From Alkalispirochaeta sp. (GTDB taxonomy: Bacteria; Spirochaetota; Spirochaetia; DSM-27196; Alkalispirochaetaceae): a DNA stretch of 64,000 nucleotides. A program made the position numbers and the translations under genes. Below the pieces are notes generated by a model, which was not told where the DNA came from, searched no databases, and saw only the letters and a program-made list of their open reading frames with translations. Shown piece after piece: positions 38,843 through 48,117 of this stretch (the first letter of the stretch is position 1; each line of letters starts with the position of its first letter). Location: assembly GCA_965601925.1 (NCBI GenBank), contig OZ271854.1, positions 4,480,001 through 4,544,000 of the forward strand, read 5' to 3'.

Positions 38843-38985
38843 ATCCGTTCCTCCGAATGTGCGTGGTGAACGGAATCGTGCGTGATCGGCACGCACGACC
38901 GTTCGTGGTCAAAGTATAGCACCCGCAGTGCGACGATTTCCAACGATGTGTCGACTTTGCGCACCCTCGGACGCGCGATATCCGT

Positions 38986-40518
38986 CTACGTCCCGTTCGA
39001 GTGCTCCGATTGGATACAACGGAGAATCTCCAACCGTTCTCTCCTCGACCACCCTTCGTCGGGCCTGTTTACGTCGAGGGCGATATGTGGGAAAGATGTC
39101 CCCAACACGATAATCCTATCGGCGACGGCGGAGACGAGGTCGATGTCGTGACTCGCCATGACGGTCGTCACCCCGGCGAGACGAATCGCCTCGACGATTA
39201 CCGCCGCCAAATCGCGACGCTGCGACGGGTCGACGCCGGTGAGCGGCTCGTCGATGAGCAGAAAGTGCGGCTCACGGGCGAGGGAGCGTGCGAGGGCGAG
39301 ACGCTGGCGCATTCCGCCGCTCAAGGTATCGGGTAGACGCTCGCGAACATCCCACAATCCGACCCTTTGTAACCACCGCCGTGCGACCGATCGCGACGGC
39401 GCGGTGAGCGTCGCGTTGTCTCGGACGGTACGCCACGGCAGGAGGCGCGGCTCCTGAAACACGAATCCGACTCGTCCTTCGACCGAGGGCGTGTAGCGCC
39501 CCTCATCGGGAGCGTGCAGCCCCGCCAGAAGGCGTAAGAGGGTCGTCTTTCCTGCGCCCGACGGTCCCATGATCGCGGTGATATTGCCCCGATATATCGT
39601 AAGGTCGAGCTCCTCGAACAGTGGAACGCCGGGCCAACCGGCCCGTACGCGTTCCAGCGACACGGCGTTTGGATTCGTCGCATCGCTCCTATACGTCGAG
39701 CCGGGGGACGAGCCGTACACGTCGCGCCCATCGTCCACCCGCACCGGGCGGCGTTGCATCGGGGCAACTGTTTCCAGACACCGCATGACGATGTCGGCGA
39801 GTCCGGCGGCCGCTATCAGTACAACCGTCCATGCGAGCACGAGCTCGGTCTCGAAAAAGAGCCGTGCGTCGCCCATTGCGCTGCCGATGCCGCGCTCAGG
39901 TACGCCGATTACCTCGGCGGCAACGACCACCTTCCACGCAATCCCGCCCGCCGACCGTAATCCGCCCCATATCGACGGCGCGGCGCCGGGAACCCACAGG
40001 TGAAGGATGCGCATCACACGCGAGTAGCCGTGAACGCGACACATCTCCTCCAGGCGCGAATCCACGAGAGACGTGCCGGTGACCGCGGCCTCGTACAGCA
40101 GCGGGAACACCATCAAGACGGCGACGAACAGCGGCACGACGCCGCTTTCGAGCCAGATCACCGCCAGAAGAATGATCGAGATGAACGGAATCGACCGTAC
40201 GGTTATAACCGTCGGCTGTAAGAACAAATACAGGGCGCGGTACCGTCCCGCCGCCATTCCCAACGGAACGGCGACGGAGGCGCTGGCCGCGAGAGCACCT
40301 ACGGCGCGGAGCGCGGTTACTACGACGGATCGGAGAAAGTGCGGATCGCGAACGACCGTCGCCGTGGCGATAAGCACCTCCACGGGACCGGGAAGCGCGA
40401 TCGATAGATCAATGCGCCACGCGAGAAGCGCCCACGCGAGGAATAGAACGAATAAGCCCGTTATCGTAAAAAGACGTCGGCCCACTCGTCCCCACATCGC
40501 GCGGCTTCCGCGATTCAT
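38986..40518 (-). CDS. fused ABC permease + ATPase (SsuC/SsuB or NitT/TauT type)
   Basis: Permease (WKVVVAAE...GIG) in frame with GPSGAGKT, FQEPRLLPW, LSGGMRQR and LLIDEP. Confidence 0.85.
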   Translation of the reverse strand: MNRGSRAMWGRVGRRLFTITGLFVLFLAWALLAWRIDLSIALPGPVEVLIATATVVRDPHFLRSVVVTALRAVGALAASASVAVPLGMAAGRYRALYLFLQPTVITVRSIPFISIILLAVIWLESGVVPLFVAVLMVFPLLYEAAVTGTSLVDSRLEEMCRVHGYSRVMRILHLWVPGAAPSIWGGLRSAGGIAWKVVVAAEVIGVPERGIGSAMGDARLFFETELVLAWTVVLIAAAGLADIVMRCLETVAPMQRRPVRVDDGRDVYGSSPGSTYRSDATNPNAVSLERVRAGWPGVPLFEELDLTIYRGNITAIMGPSGAGKTTLLRLLAGLHAPDEGRYTPSVEGRVGFVFQEPRLLPWRTVRDNATLTAPSRSVARRWLQRVGLWDVRERLPDTLSGGMRQRLALARSLAREPHFLLIDEPLTGVDPSQRRDLAAVIVEAIRLAGVTTVMASHDIDLVSAVADRIIVLGTSFPHIALDVNRPDEGWSRRERLEILRCIQSEHSNGT

Positions 40519-41786
40519 CGAATCAGAAAGCGAAAATAGCGCTTCTTACCGGCGCGCAGGATCAACTCGCCGGTCTCGTTGTCGCTTTGACGCGCCCACC
40601 CCGCATCGATCGTCGCCTCCACGTCGGTTACCTTGCGATCGTTGACCCGAGCTCCACCCTGCTGTACGAGCCGCCGCGCCTCGCCTTTGCTGGCGCAGAG
40701 CCCGGAACGCACAAACAGATCGAGTGCGCCGATCCCCGCCTCCAACTCCACCGTCGGTAGATCCTCGCCGGGCATCACCTCGGCGGAGCCGTCGCCGGAA
40801 AAGAGGGCTCGCGCGGCCTGACGAGCTCTCTCGGCCTCGTCCGCTCCGTGCACCACCGTGGTGATCTCGGCGGCGAGGCGCTCTTTGACGTCGTTAATCG
40901 TCGCCTCGCCGTCGGAAACGGTGCGCATCAGCGCGTCGATCTCCTCACGGGGCAAAAAGGTAAATCGATAGAGAAACGGCTCCACATCGCGATCGGGGAC
41001 GTTGCGCCAGTACTGGAAAAAATCGTACGGCGAGATGCGCTCGGGGTCCAAAAAGAGCGCACCGCTCTCGGTTTTGCCCATCTTTTTGCCATCGGAGCGC
41101 ATCACCAGCGGAAAGGTCAACCCGAAACACTCAGCTTCAGGTCCTTCGACGCGCCGAATGAGGTCCGCGCCGGCGACGATGTTGCCCCACTGATCGTCGC
41201 CGCCGATCTGAAGGGCACATCCACGGGTCTGGAAGAGTCTCAGAAAGTCGTAACTCTGCAGAAGCTGATAGTTGAACTCGATGAAACTCAAACCGGTCTC
41301 CATGCGCATCTTGTACGTCTCGAAGCTGAGCATACGGTTGACGGAAAAGTGGCGTCCGATGTCGCGTAAAAACTCGATGTAGTTGAGGTCCGCAAGCCAT
41401 TCGGCGTTGCGGACCATGGAAAACGTGACGCCTCGGGACGCGAGGAAGCGATCGATCTGTACGCCGATCGCCGACGCGTTGGCATCGATGGTCTCGATGG
41501 AGAGGATCTTGCGCAGCTCGGTCTTGCCCGACGGGTCGCCGATACGCGCCGTGCCGTCCCCGACCACGACGATCCCTCGGTGGCCGAACTCGGCCATGTG
41601 CGCCAGGGCGTAGATCGGTACGAGGTGGCCGATATGGATGCTGTCTCCCGTAGCGTCGATGCCGACGTAGAAGGTCACCGGACCCTCGTCGAGACATTCA
41701 GCGAGGCGTTCCTCGTCGGTGCACTGGGCGAAGAACCCGCGCTCCTTGAGGCGTGCAAGGGCGCCGGGGCGGTGGTCGAGACTCAC
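40515..41786 (-). CDS. tyrS: tyrosine--tRNA ligase
   Basis: HIGH, QIGGDDQWGNI, KMGKT, C-terminal S4 domain. Confidence 0.96.
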   Translation of the reverse strand: MSLDHRPGALARLKERGFFAQCTDEERLAECLDEGPVTFYVGIDATGDSIHIGHLVPIYALAHMAEFGHRGIVVVGDGTARIGDPSGKTELRKILSIETIDANASAIGVQIDRFLASRGVTFSMVRNAEWLADLNYIEFLRDIGRHFSVNRMLSFETYKMRMETGLSFIEFNYQLLQSYDFLRLFQTRGCALQIGGDDQWGNIVAGADLIRRVEGPEAECFGLTFPLVMRSDGKKMGKTESGALFLDPERISPYDFFQYWRNVPDRDVEPFLYRFTFLPREEIDALMRTVSDGEATINDVKERLAAEITTVVHGADEAERARQAARALFSGDGSAEVMPGEDLPTVELEAGIGALDLFVRSGLCASKGEARRLVQQGGARVNDRKVTDVEATIDAGWARQSDNETGELILRAGKKRYFRFLIR

Positions 41787-43123
41787 GTTCCCACCCTTTT
41801 GTAGTCCGCCATGGCACGGCGGATCGTAGACACCAACTCGGCGACCGGGACGCGCACCTGTTCCATCGAGTCGCGGTGGCGCAACGTCACGGTATCGTCG
41901 GTCTTGGTATCGTAGTCGACGGTCACGCAGTACGGCGTTCCGACCTCGTCCTGGCGGCGATACCGCCGGCCGATGGCGCCGGACTGGTCGTAGAAGGTGG
42001 CAAAATCCTCTCGGAGCAGCATATCGATCTCCCGCGCTCTCTCGGCGAGGCCGTCCTTCTTTACGAGGGGGAAGACGCCGACCTGAACCGGCGCGACCTT
42101 GGGATGCAACCGCAGGACGGTACGCACGTCGTTCTCACCGACCTCCTCCTCCTCGTAGGCGTCGCACAGAACCATCAGGAGACTCCGAGTGAGTCCCGCC
42201 GAGGTCTCGATGATATAGGGCACGAAGCGCTCCTTCGTCTCCTCGTCCAGGTAGTTGATCTCCTTGCCGGAGAACTCGCCGTGGCGCGATAGGTCGAAGT
42301 CGGTCCGGTTGTGGATGCCCTCCAGCTCCTGCCAGCCGAAAGGAAACTCGTACTGAATGTCGAAGGCCGCTTTGGCGTAATGCGCCAACTCATCCGGTCC
42401 GTGCTCCTCAAAACGCAGGCGGTCCATCCGGATACCGAGCTTGTCGTAGTAGGCCATGCGGGCCGCCTTCCACGTCTCGAACCACGTCTCGTCGTCGCCC
42501 GGCTTTACGAAGTACTGCATCTCCATCTGCTCAAACTCGACGGTACGAAAGATGAAGTTTTTGGTTACGATCTCGTTTCGAAATGCTTTGCCGACCTGGG
42601 CGATTCCGAAGGGGATCTTCACCCGGGAGGTCTGCACTACATTCTTGAAGTTGACGTAAATCCCCTGGGCGGTCTCGGGGCGTAGGTAGACGCGGCTGGC
42701 GGAATCGCGAGCCGGACCGAGGTGCGTCTCGAACATGAGGTTGAACTCGCGCGGCTCCGAAAGCGGATTCCCCTTGGGGCTCGTTTTGGTCTCGCGTTGC
42801 TCCTCCGTGAGGTGGTCCCATCGAAAGCGCTCGTTGGTAACCGTATCCTCAACCATAACATCGGAGAAGCTGTCGACGTGCCCCGACGCCTTCCAGACGG
42901 TGGGATGCATGAGGATCGCCGCATCGAGTCCCACAATGTTGTCGTGGAGCTGCGTCATCTCCTTCCACCAAAAGCGTTGGATATTGTGCTTGAGCTCGAC
43001 TCCCAAGGGACCGTAATCCCACGCCGAGGCGAGGCCGCCGTAGATCTCCGACGACGGGAAAATAAAGCCCCTGCGCTTCGAGAGACTGACGATCTTGTCC
43101 ATTACCTTGGGATCAACGCTCAT
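41783..43123 (-). CDS. glyQS: glycine--tRNA ligase, alpha2 type
   Basis: KRRGFIFPSSEIYGG, LRPETAQG, GKAFRNEI, IGRRYRRQDEVGTP. Confidence 0.95.
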   Translation of the reverse strand: MSVDPKVMDKIVSLSKRRGFIFPSSEIYGGLASAWDYGPLGVELKHNIQRFWWKEMTQLHDNIVGLDAAILMHPTVWKASGHVDSFSDVMVEDTVTNERFRWDHLTEEQRETKTSPKGNPLSEPREFNLMFETHLGPARDSASRVYLRPETAQGIYVNFKNVVQTSRVKIPFGIAQVGKAFRNEIVTKNFIFRTVEFEQMEMQYFVKPGDDETWFETWKAARMAYYDKLGIRMDRLRFEEHGPDELAHYAKAAFDIQYEFPFGWQELEGIHNRTDFDLSRHGEFSGKEINYLDEETKERFVPYIIETSAGLTRSLLMVLCDAYEEEEVGENDVRTVLRLHPKVAPVQVGVFPLVKKDGLAERAREIDMLLREDFATFYDQSGAIGRRYRRQDEVGTPYCVTVDYDTKTDDTVTLRHRDSMEQVRVPVAELVSTIRRAMADYKRVGT

Positions 43124-43219
43124 TGTTCTGTTCTCCTTGTATCCTTCTCTCGTCGGTCGGTACCGACGATGTTCGTTTCCTACGGTGCGACACGCGGCGG
43201 TATATCGGCCCCGGACGCC

Positions 43220-44725
43220 TTATACGCCCTTCGCGGCGGCTTTGAGGACCGCTCGGGCACCCTCGATCCGCCGCATAGCCGCGTCCTTGCCGAGCTCCCG
43301 GATGCTTCCGATGAGGGGCGGCGACACCTTGCTGCCGGTAACGGCGACCCTGAGCGTCATCATGAGATTGCCCAACTTCGTCCCTTCGCGTTCGGCGGCG
43401 GCGCGAAACGCCTCGTTGAGCGTCTCTTCTCCCCCTTCGTCGCCCGAGTCCGGGAGGTCGCGTTCGTCGAGTACGGCCCGCGCGGCGTCCAACCACCGCA
43501 ACGCCTCCGATGCCGCCGCCTTCTTCGGTATAAGCTCCTCGAGCGGCCATTCGCGCACATCTTCGTACACGAAGCGCAACAGCGGCACCACGTCGGAGAG
43601 CACCTTCAACCGCTCTCGGACGAGGGGCAGAAGCGCCGCGAGCCGCACTCTGCCGGCGGACTCGTCCGTCGCCTCGATCCACCCCGCATCTCGCACGTAG
43701 GGTAGCAGTGCATCGACGAGCCGCTCATCGTCATAGCGCCGGATGTATTGACCGTTGTACCAATCCAGCTTCTTGTAGTCGAAGATCGCCGGCGCTTTAT
43801 TGATCTTCTCGATCGAGAAGAGCTCTTCCAGCTCCTCACGCGAAAAAAACTCTCGCGAGTCGTCGTAGGACCAGCCGAGCATACTGACGTAGTTGGTCGT
43901 CGCCTCCGGAAGATATCCCTGAGCGCGAAAGTCGATGAGGCTCGTGGAACCGTGTCGCTTCGAGAGCTTGCTACCGTCTTTCCCCATGACCATCGGCAGG
44001 TGGGCGAAACGCGGCGGCTCCCATCCGAACGCCTCGTAGATCAACAGATGCAGTGGTGTCGAAGGTACCCACTCCTGGGCGCGCAGCACGTGCGTAATCG
44101 CCATGGCGTGATCGTCGACGACGTTTGCCAGGTGATAGGTGGGAAAGCCGTCGGATTTAAGGAGGATCGGGTCCGGCGGTAGATCCTTATGCTTGCGCTT
44201 TACTCGACCCAACACCGCGTCTTCGAACTCCGTCTGCCCCTCCGACGGCACCAAAAGTCGCAGCACGGGCTTTACCCCCGCGGCGACGTACTCCGCTATG
44301 CGTTCGGGCGAGAGAGACCGCCCCTCGTGACGGTACGTCCCGCCGTGCGTGTCCTTCTCGACCTCGCCCTCCGCCTCGTCGGCAGCTCGATCACTCGTAT
44401 AATCCCAGTACGCACGCCCGGCATTCACGAGCTCATCCGCGCGGTCGCGATAGAGGTCCAGGCGCTCCGACTGCACGTAGGGACCGAAATCGCCGCCTAC
44501 GGCCGGGCTCTCGTCGGCGCGGATACCCAGCCAATCGAAGGTGTCGTATATGTCCTGGAGCGATCGCGGATCGAAGCGCGTTCGGTCGGTATCCTCGACG
44601 CGGAGGACGAAGGCGCCACCGTGGGATCTGGCGAAAAAATAGTTAAACAGCGCCGTTCGGACGCCCCCGATATGCTGCATGCCCGTCGGGGACGGGGCGT
44701 ATCGTACTCGTACGTTCGTCTTCAT
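43220..44725 (-). CDS. gltX: glutamate--tRNA ligase
   Basis: RYAPSPTG, HIGG, PTYHLANVVDDH, KLSKR. Confidence 0.95.
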   Translation of the reverse strand: MKTNVRVRYAPSPTGMQHIGGVRTALFNYFFARSHGGAFVLRVEDTDRTRFDPRSLQDIYDTFDWLGIRADESPAVGGDFGPYVQSERLDLYRDRADELVNAGRAYWDYTSDRAADEAEGEVEKDTHGGTYRHEGRSLSPERIAEYVAAGVKPVLRLLVPSEGQTEFEDAVLGRVKRKHKDLPPDPILLKSDGFPTYHLANVVDDHAMAITHVLRAQEWVPSTPLHLLIYEAFGWEPPRFAHLPMVMGKDGSKLSKRHGSTSLIDFRAQGYLPEATTNYVSMLGWSYDDSREFFSREELEELFSIEKINKAPAIFDYKKLDWYNGQYIRRYDDERLVDALLPYVRDAGWIEATDESAGRVRLAALLPLVRERLKVLSDVVPLLRFVYEDVREWPLEELIPKKAAASEALRWLDAARAVLDERDLPDSGDEGGEETLNEAFRAAAEREGTKLGNLMMTLRVAVTGSKVSPPLIGSIRELGKDAAMRRIEGARAVLKAAAKGV

Positions 44726-44737
44726 CGATGTCAGGCG

Positions 44738-44766
44738 ATTATATAGAGGCGCACGCGACGACTCAA
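44738..44766 (-). promoter_or_regulatory. sigma70 promoter of gltX
   Basis: TTGAGT-N17-TATAAT, 12 nt before the ATG; no SD. Confidence 0.65.
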
Positions 44767-44800
44767 GTTGGCCGGTCGCACGTACACATGCACAAGCCGA

Positions 44801-46027
44801 TCAATCCTGTCGATAGTAACTCAGGAAATCCCCGATCTCGTGGACAGCACGGCGTAGCTGCTCGCGATCGGGCAAAAAGACGATACGAAAGTGGTCCGGC
44901 GTAGGCCAGTTGAATCCCCGTCCCTGTACTACGAGGATTTTCTTCTCTACCAAGAGGTCGTAGACGAAGCGTTCATCGTCGGTGATATTGAACCGTTTTG
45001 TATCGATTTTGGGGAACAGATACAGCGCGCCTCTCGGCTTCACCGCACTGAGCCCCGGCACGTCGTTAATCAGCTCCCACGCCGCATCGCGCTGCTCCCT
45101 GAGCCGCCCTCCCGGCAGGACCAGATCCTGAATGCTCTGATATCCGCCCAAGGCGGCCTGAATCGCAAACTGCGCCGGCGCATTGGAGCACAATCGCATG
45201 TTGGACAGGATATCCAACCCCTCACGATAGTCCTTGATCATCGACAGACGCCCGCCCAGCACCATCCACCCCGCGCGAAATCCCGCGGCACGATACGCCT
45301 TGGACAACCCGTTGAGAACGATGCACGGTACTTCCTTGCAGTACGTCGAAATCGAGACGTGCTCATACCCGTCGTAGGTGATTTTGTCATAGATCTCGTC
45401 GGCAAAGACGAACAGTTGATGTTCCACCGCGACGCTATGGAGGCGTTCGATAATCTCCCGCGGATAAACGGCACCGGTCGGGTTATTGGGCGTAATGACG
45501 ACGATCGCCCGGGTGCGCTCGGTAATCTTGGAGCGGATATCGTCGATATCGGGGTTCCAATCCGACGCTTCGTCGCAGACATAGTGTACGGGCTTTCCAC
45601 CGGCGAGATGCACTGCGGCGGTCCACAACGGATAATCGGGGCTCGGAATCAACACTTCGTCGCCGTTATTCAAAAGCGCCTGCATGCTCATGACGATGAG
45701 CTCGCTTACCCCGTTGCCGATGTAGATGTCCTCGGTCTGAACGTCCAAGAGTCCTTTCGCTTGGTAGTGCTGCATGACCGCCTTACGGGCGGCAAAGATA
45801 CCCTTGCTGTCGACGTAACCCTGCGCTTCCCGCAGGTTTACGATTACGTCGTGAAGCAACTCGTCGGGTGCGTCGAATCCGAACGGAGCGGGATTTCCAA
45901 TGTTGAGTTTAGCGACTTTGAATCCTTCTTCCTCCAGACGCTGGGCCTCCTGGAGGACGGGACCGCGGATGTCGTAGCATACGTCGGCAAGCTTGTCCGA
46001 CTTTGCGAAATCTCTACCGGGATTCAA
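44801..46027 (-). CDS. alaA: PLP-dependent aminotransferase, AlaA-type alanine transaminase
   Basis: YDIRGPV, LNIGNPAPFG, GNGVSELI, PDYPLWTAA, NGLSKAYRAAGFRAGW, PDHFRIV. Confidence 0.88.
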   Translation of the reverse strand: MNPGRDFAKSDKLADVCYDIRGPVLQEAQRLEEEGFKVAKLNIGNPAPFGFDAPDELLHDVIVNLREAQGYVDSKGIFAARKAVMQHYQAKGLLDVQTEDIYIGNGVSELIVMSMQALLNNGDEVLIPSPDYPLWTAAVHLAGGKPVHYVCDEASDWNPDIDDIRSKITERTRAIVVITPNNPTGAVYPREIIERLHSVAVEHQLFVFADEIYDKITYDGYEHVSISTYCKEVPCIVLNGLSKAYRAAGFRAGWMVLGGRLSMIKDYREGLDILSNMRLCSNAPAQFAIQAALGGYQSIQDLVLPGGRLREQRDAAWELINDVPGLSAVKPRGALYLFPKIDTKRFNITDDERFVYDLLVEKKILVVQGRGFNWPTPDHFRIVFLPDREQLRRAVHEIGDFLSYYRQD

Positions 46028-46851
46028 TCGGTCCTCCCATTCGTCTCGTCGACCGGATAAAGCCAGTCCTCAACGTGGCGCAGGAACTTGCTCAGTACCA
46101 ACACGTGCAATTCATTCCGTTCGCCGTCGACGCGTTTTCGCCACTCTTTGCGCGTCATATCCGCGACGATACGCTTCCGTGCCGTCTCGACGACATCCGC
46201 CGCCGACGCTTCGCTGCGGCCGTAGCTGTCGAGAAGGTACGCGCTTACGGCGAGAAGTACCCCGGGTTTGAGTCTGGAACACAGATCTTCCAGGATCTGT
46301 CGCGCCGTGGGCAGTTTCTGTTGCAACATGAGCGCGAAGGCGTAGTGCCACTTCAGCCAATCCGCATCTCGCGCCGATGCCGAGTCGACGAACTCGGCGT
46401 AATAGCGCTCCATCTCTTCTCCGTTGTTGGATAACAGGTGCGGTATCCCAAGCATGAGTGCGCTGCGACGTAGCGCTTGCGGTCGGTTTCGCCGTAGCTC
46501 TTCCTCGATTCTGGATATCGATTCGCCGCGAGAGTTGACGACGTAGGCATTCACCAGCAGTCGCAGGTTGCTCTGCGAATAGCGGCGACGGCGAAACACA
46601 CGATCTTCCAGGATGGTGATGACCCGATCCCAGTCCTCCTCTTCCAGAGAGGCGAACAGGCGCCAGTTCCGCGCAAAGTAGATATTCAGAACCGCCAACA
46701 CGAATGCGAACAGCAACGTAAGATACCAGTTGTTGCTCCAGAAGACTTGTGTGTAATCCCATCCGAGAAAAAACGCGGGCATCAAAAAAACGAAAAGAAA
46801 TGACACACAAATGAGAATATTGAAGACGATGAAGATAGCCTTAAGTTTCAC
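46024..46851 (-). CDS. hypothetical membrane protein (2 TM plus helical/TPR-like domain)
   Basis: Two N-terminal TM segments; ATGA overlap with alaA. Confidence 0.7.
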   Translation of the reverse strand: MKLKAIFIVFNILICVSFLFVFLMPAFFLGWDYTQVFWSNNWYLTLLFAFVLAVLNIYFARNWRLFASLEEEDWDRVITILEDRVFRRRRYSQSNLRLLVNAYVVNSRGESISRIEEELRRNRPQALRRSALMLGIPHLLSNNGEEMERYYAEFVDSASARDADWLKWHYAFALMLQQKLPTARQILEDLCSRLKPGVLLAVSAYLLDSYGRSEASAADVVETARKRIVADMTRKEWRKRVDGERNELHVLVLSKFLRHVEDWLYPVDETNGRTD

Positions 46852-46921
46852 GCCGTTTTTCCGTTATACTGAACAGCGGCAGTCTAATATGAGGCCATAT
46901 GAGGGTCAATGGTGAGGCAAA

Positions 46922-48085
46922 ATGAATAAGATATTGACTTCCCAAATCACCGACGGCATGTTCTTAACCCAAGAGACGTTTTTGGACGAGAAGTTCATCC
47001 TCCTCTCTCCGGAAATACCGGTCGATCAGACGCTCATAGATCGCCTTAACCGTTGGGGATTCGAATATCTGATGACCGGTGGAGAGATATCGACCGAACC
47101 TCCCGTCTCCACGGCTCCCGCGGTAGCAAGCGAGGAGGCGCCGCTGGCGGCGATCGATCAAGGTCGTCGCGACGGGCGCGAGATGGCCGAGACGCAGAAG
47201 CACTACGAAGAGTATCTGCATTTCACCGAGCAACTGTTCAGCAACTATCTTCAGAACAATCTCCTACCCATTGCGCCGATTCAGGGGAAGGTCAAGAACC
47301 TCATGGAGTTGATGCGCGAGCGCAAGCAGTATCTGCTGCGTATTCCCGCGCTCGATCCGGGAAGTACGAACTACATCGTCGACCACGCCGTGAAAACGGC
47401 GGTCATCGCCCTCGCAACGGCAACGGCGATGAAGATGCCGCCCCACCGGTTGATCGATATCGCGACGATCGCACTCGTTCACGAGATCGGAATGCTGCGT
47501 CTGCCGAACCAACTCTACATGAGCAACCGTGATCTCAATGACAAGGAGAAAAAGGCGGTATCGACTCACCCCGTTTTGGGTTTCAAAATTCTGCGACAGT
47601 TCAACTACCCGATGCAGATCTGTCTCGGCGTTCTGGAGGGACGCGAAAACGTCGACGGCTCGGGATATCCCCGCGGCCTGACGACGGAGAAGATCTCGAC
47701 CTACGCGAAAATTATCAATCCCGCGAGTACCTTCTCGGCCATGACCTCTCCACGTCCGTATCGACCGGCCATCGACGGCCATACGACGATGAAGACGCTC
47801 CTCATGCGTCAGAACTCGTATTACGAAAAAGAGATACTGCAAGCGATGGTATCGGTATTGTCGCTCTTTCCCTTCGGCACCTACGTGCAGTTGGCCTCCG
47901 GAAGTCGCGCGATCGTCGTGGACGTCGATCCGGATCGCGCGCGAGCACCGTATGTGCGGGTACTGACCGACAGTAACGGCATCCCCATCAAGGAACAGGT
48001 CATCACCGCCACCTCGGGAAACGAACACGCCGTAACCGGCGTACTCTCGACCGAGGAGATTGAACGGATTCGCCACGTCTCGTAA
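46922..48085 (+). CDS. HD-GYP domain protein with degenerate active site
   Basis: HEIGM, HPVLG, GRENVDGSGYPRGL, ASTFSAMTSPRPYR, C-terminal FPFGTYVQL. Confidence 0.85.
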   Translation: MNKILTSQITDGMFLTQETFLDEKFILLSPEIPVDQTLIDRLNRWGFEYLMTGGEISTEPPVSTAPAVASEEAPLAAIDQGRRDGREMAETQKHYEEYLHFTEQLFSNYLQNNLLPIAPIQGKVKNLMELMRERKQYLLRIPALDPGSTNYIVDHAVKTAVIALATATAMKMPPHRLIDIATIALVHEIGMLRLPNQLYMSNRDLNDKEKKAVSTHPVLGFKILRQFNYPMQICLGVLEGRENVDGSGYPRGLTTEKISTYAKIINPASTFSAMTSPRPYRPAIDGHTTMKTLLMRQNSYYEKEILQAMVSVLSLFPFGTYVQLASGSRAIVVDVDPDRARAPYVRVLTDSNGIPIKEQVITATSGNEHAVTGVLSTEEIERIRHVS

Positions 48086-48117
48086 CCGCGGCTCGCATCC
48101 GTCCCGGTGGAGGTATT

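Noticed and set aside
43124..43219. T-box riboswitch before glyS
   Set aside because: Only 96 nt, no stem I or terminator, and GTCGGTACCG is a poor T-box match. There is just an 8-bp hairpin at 43150-43169.
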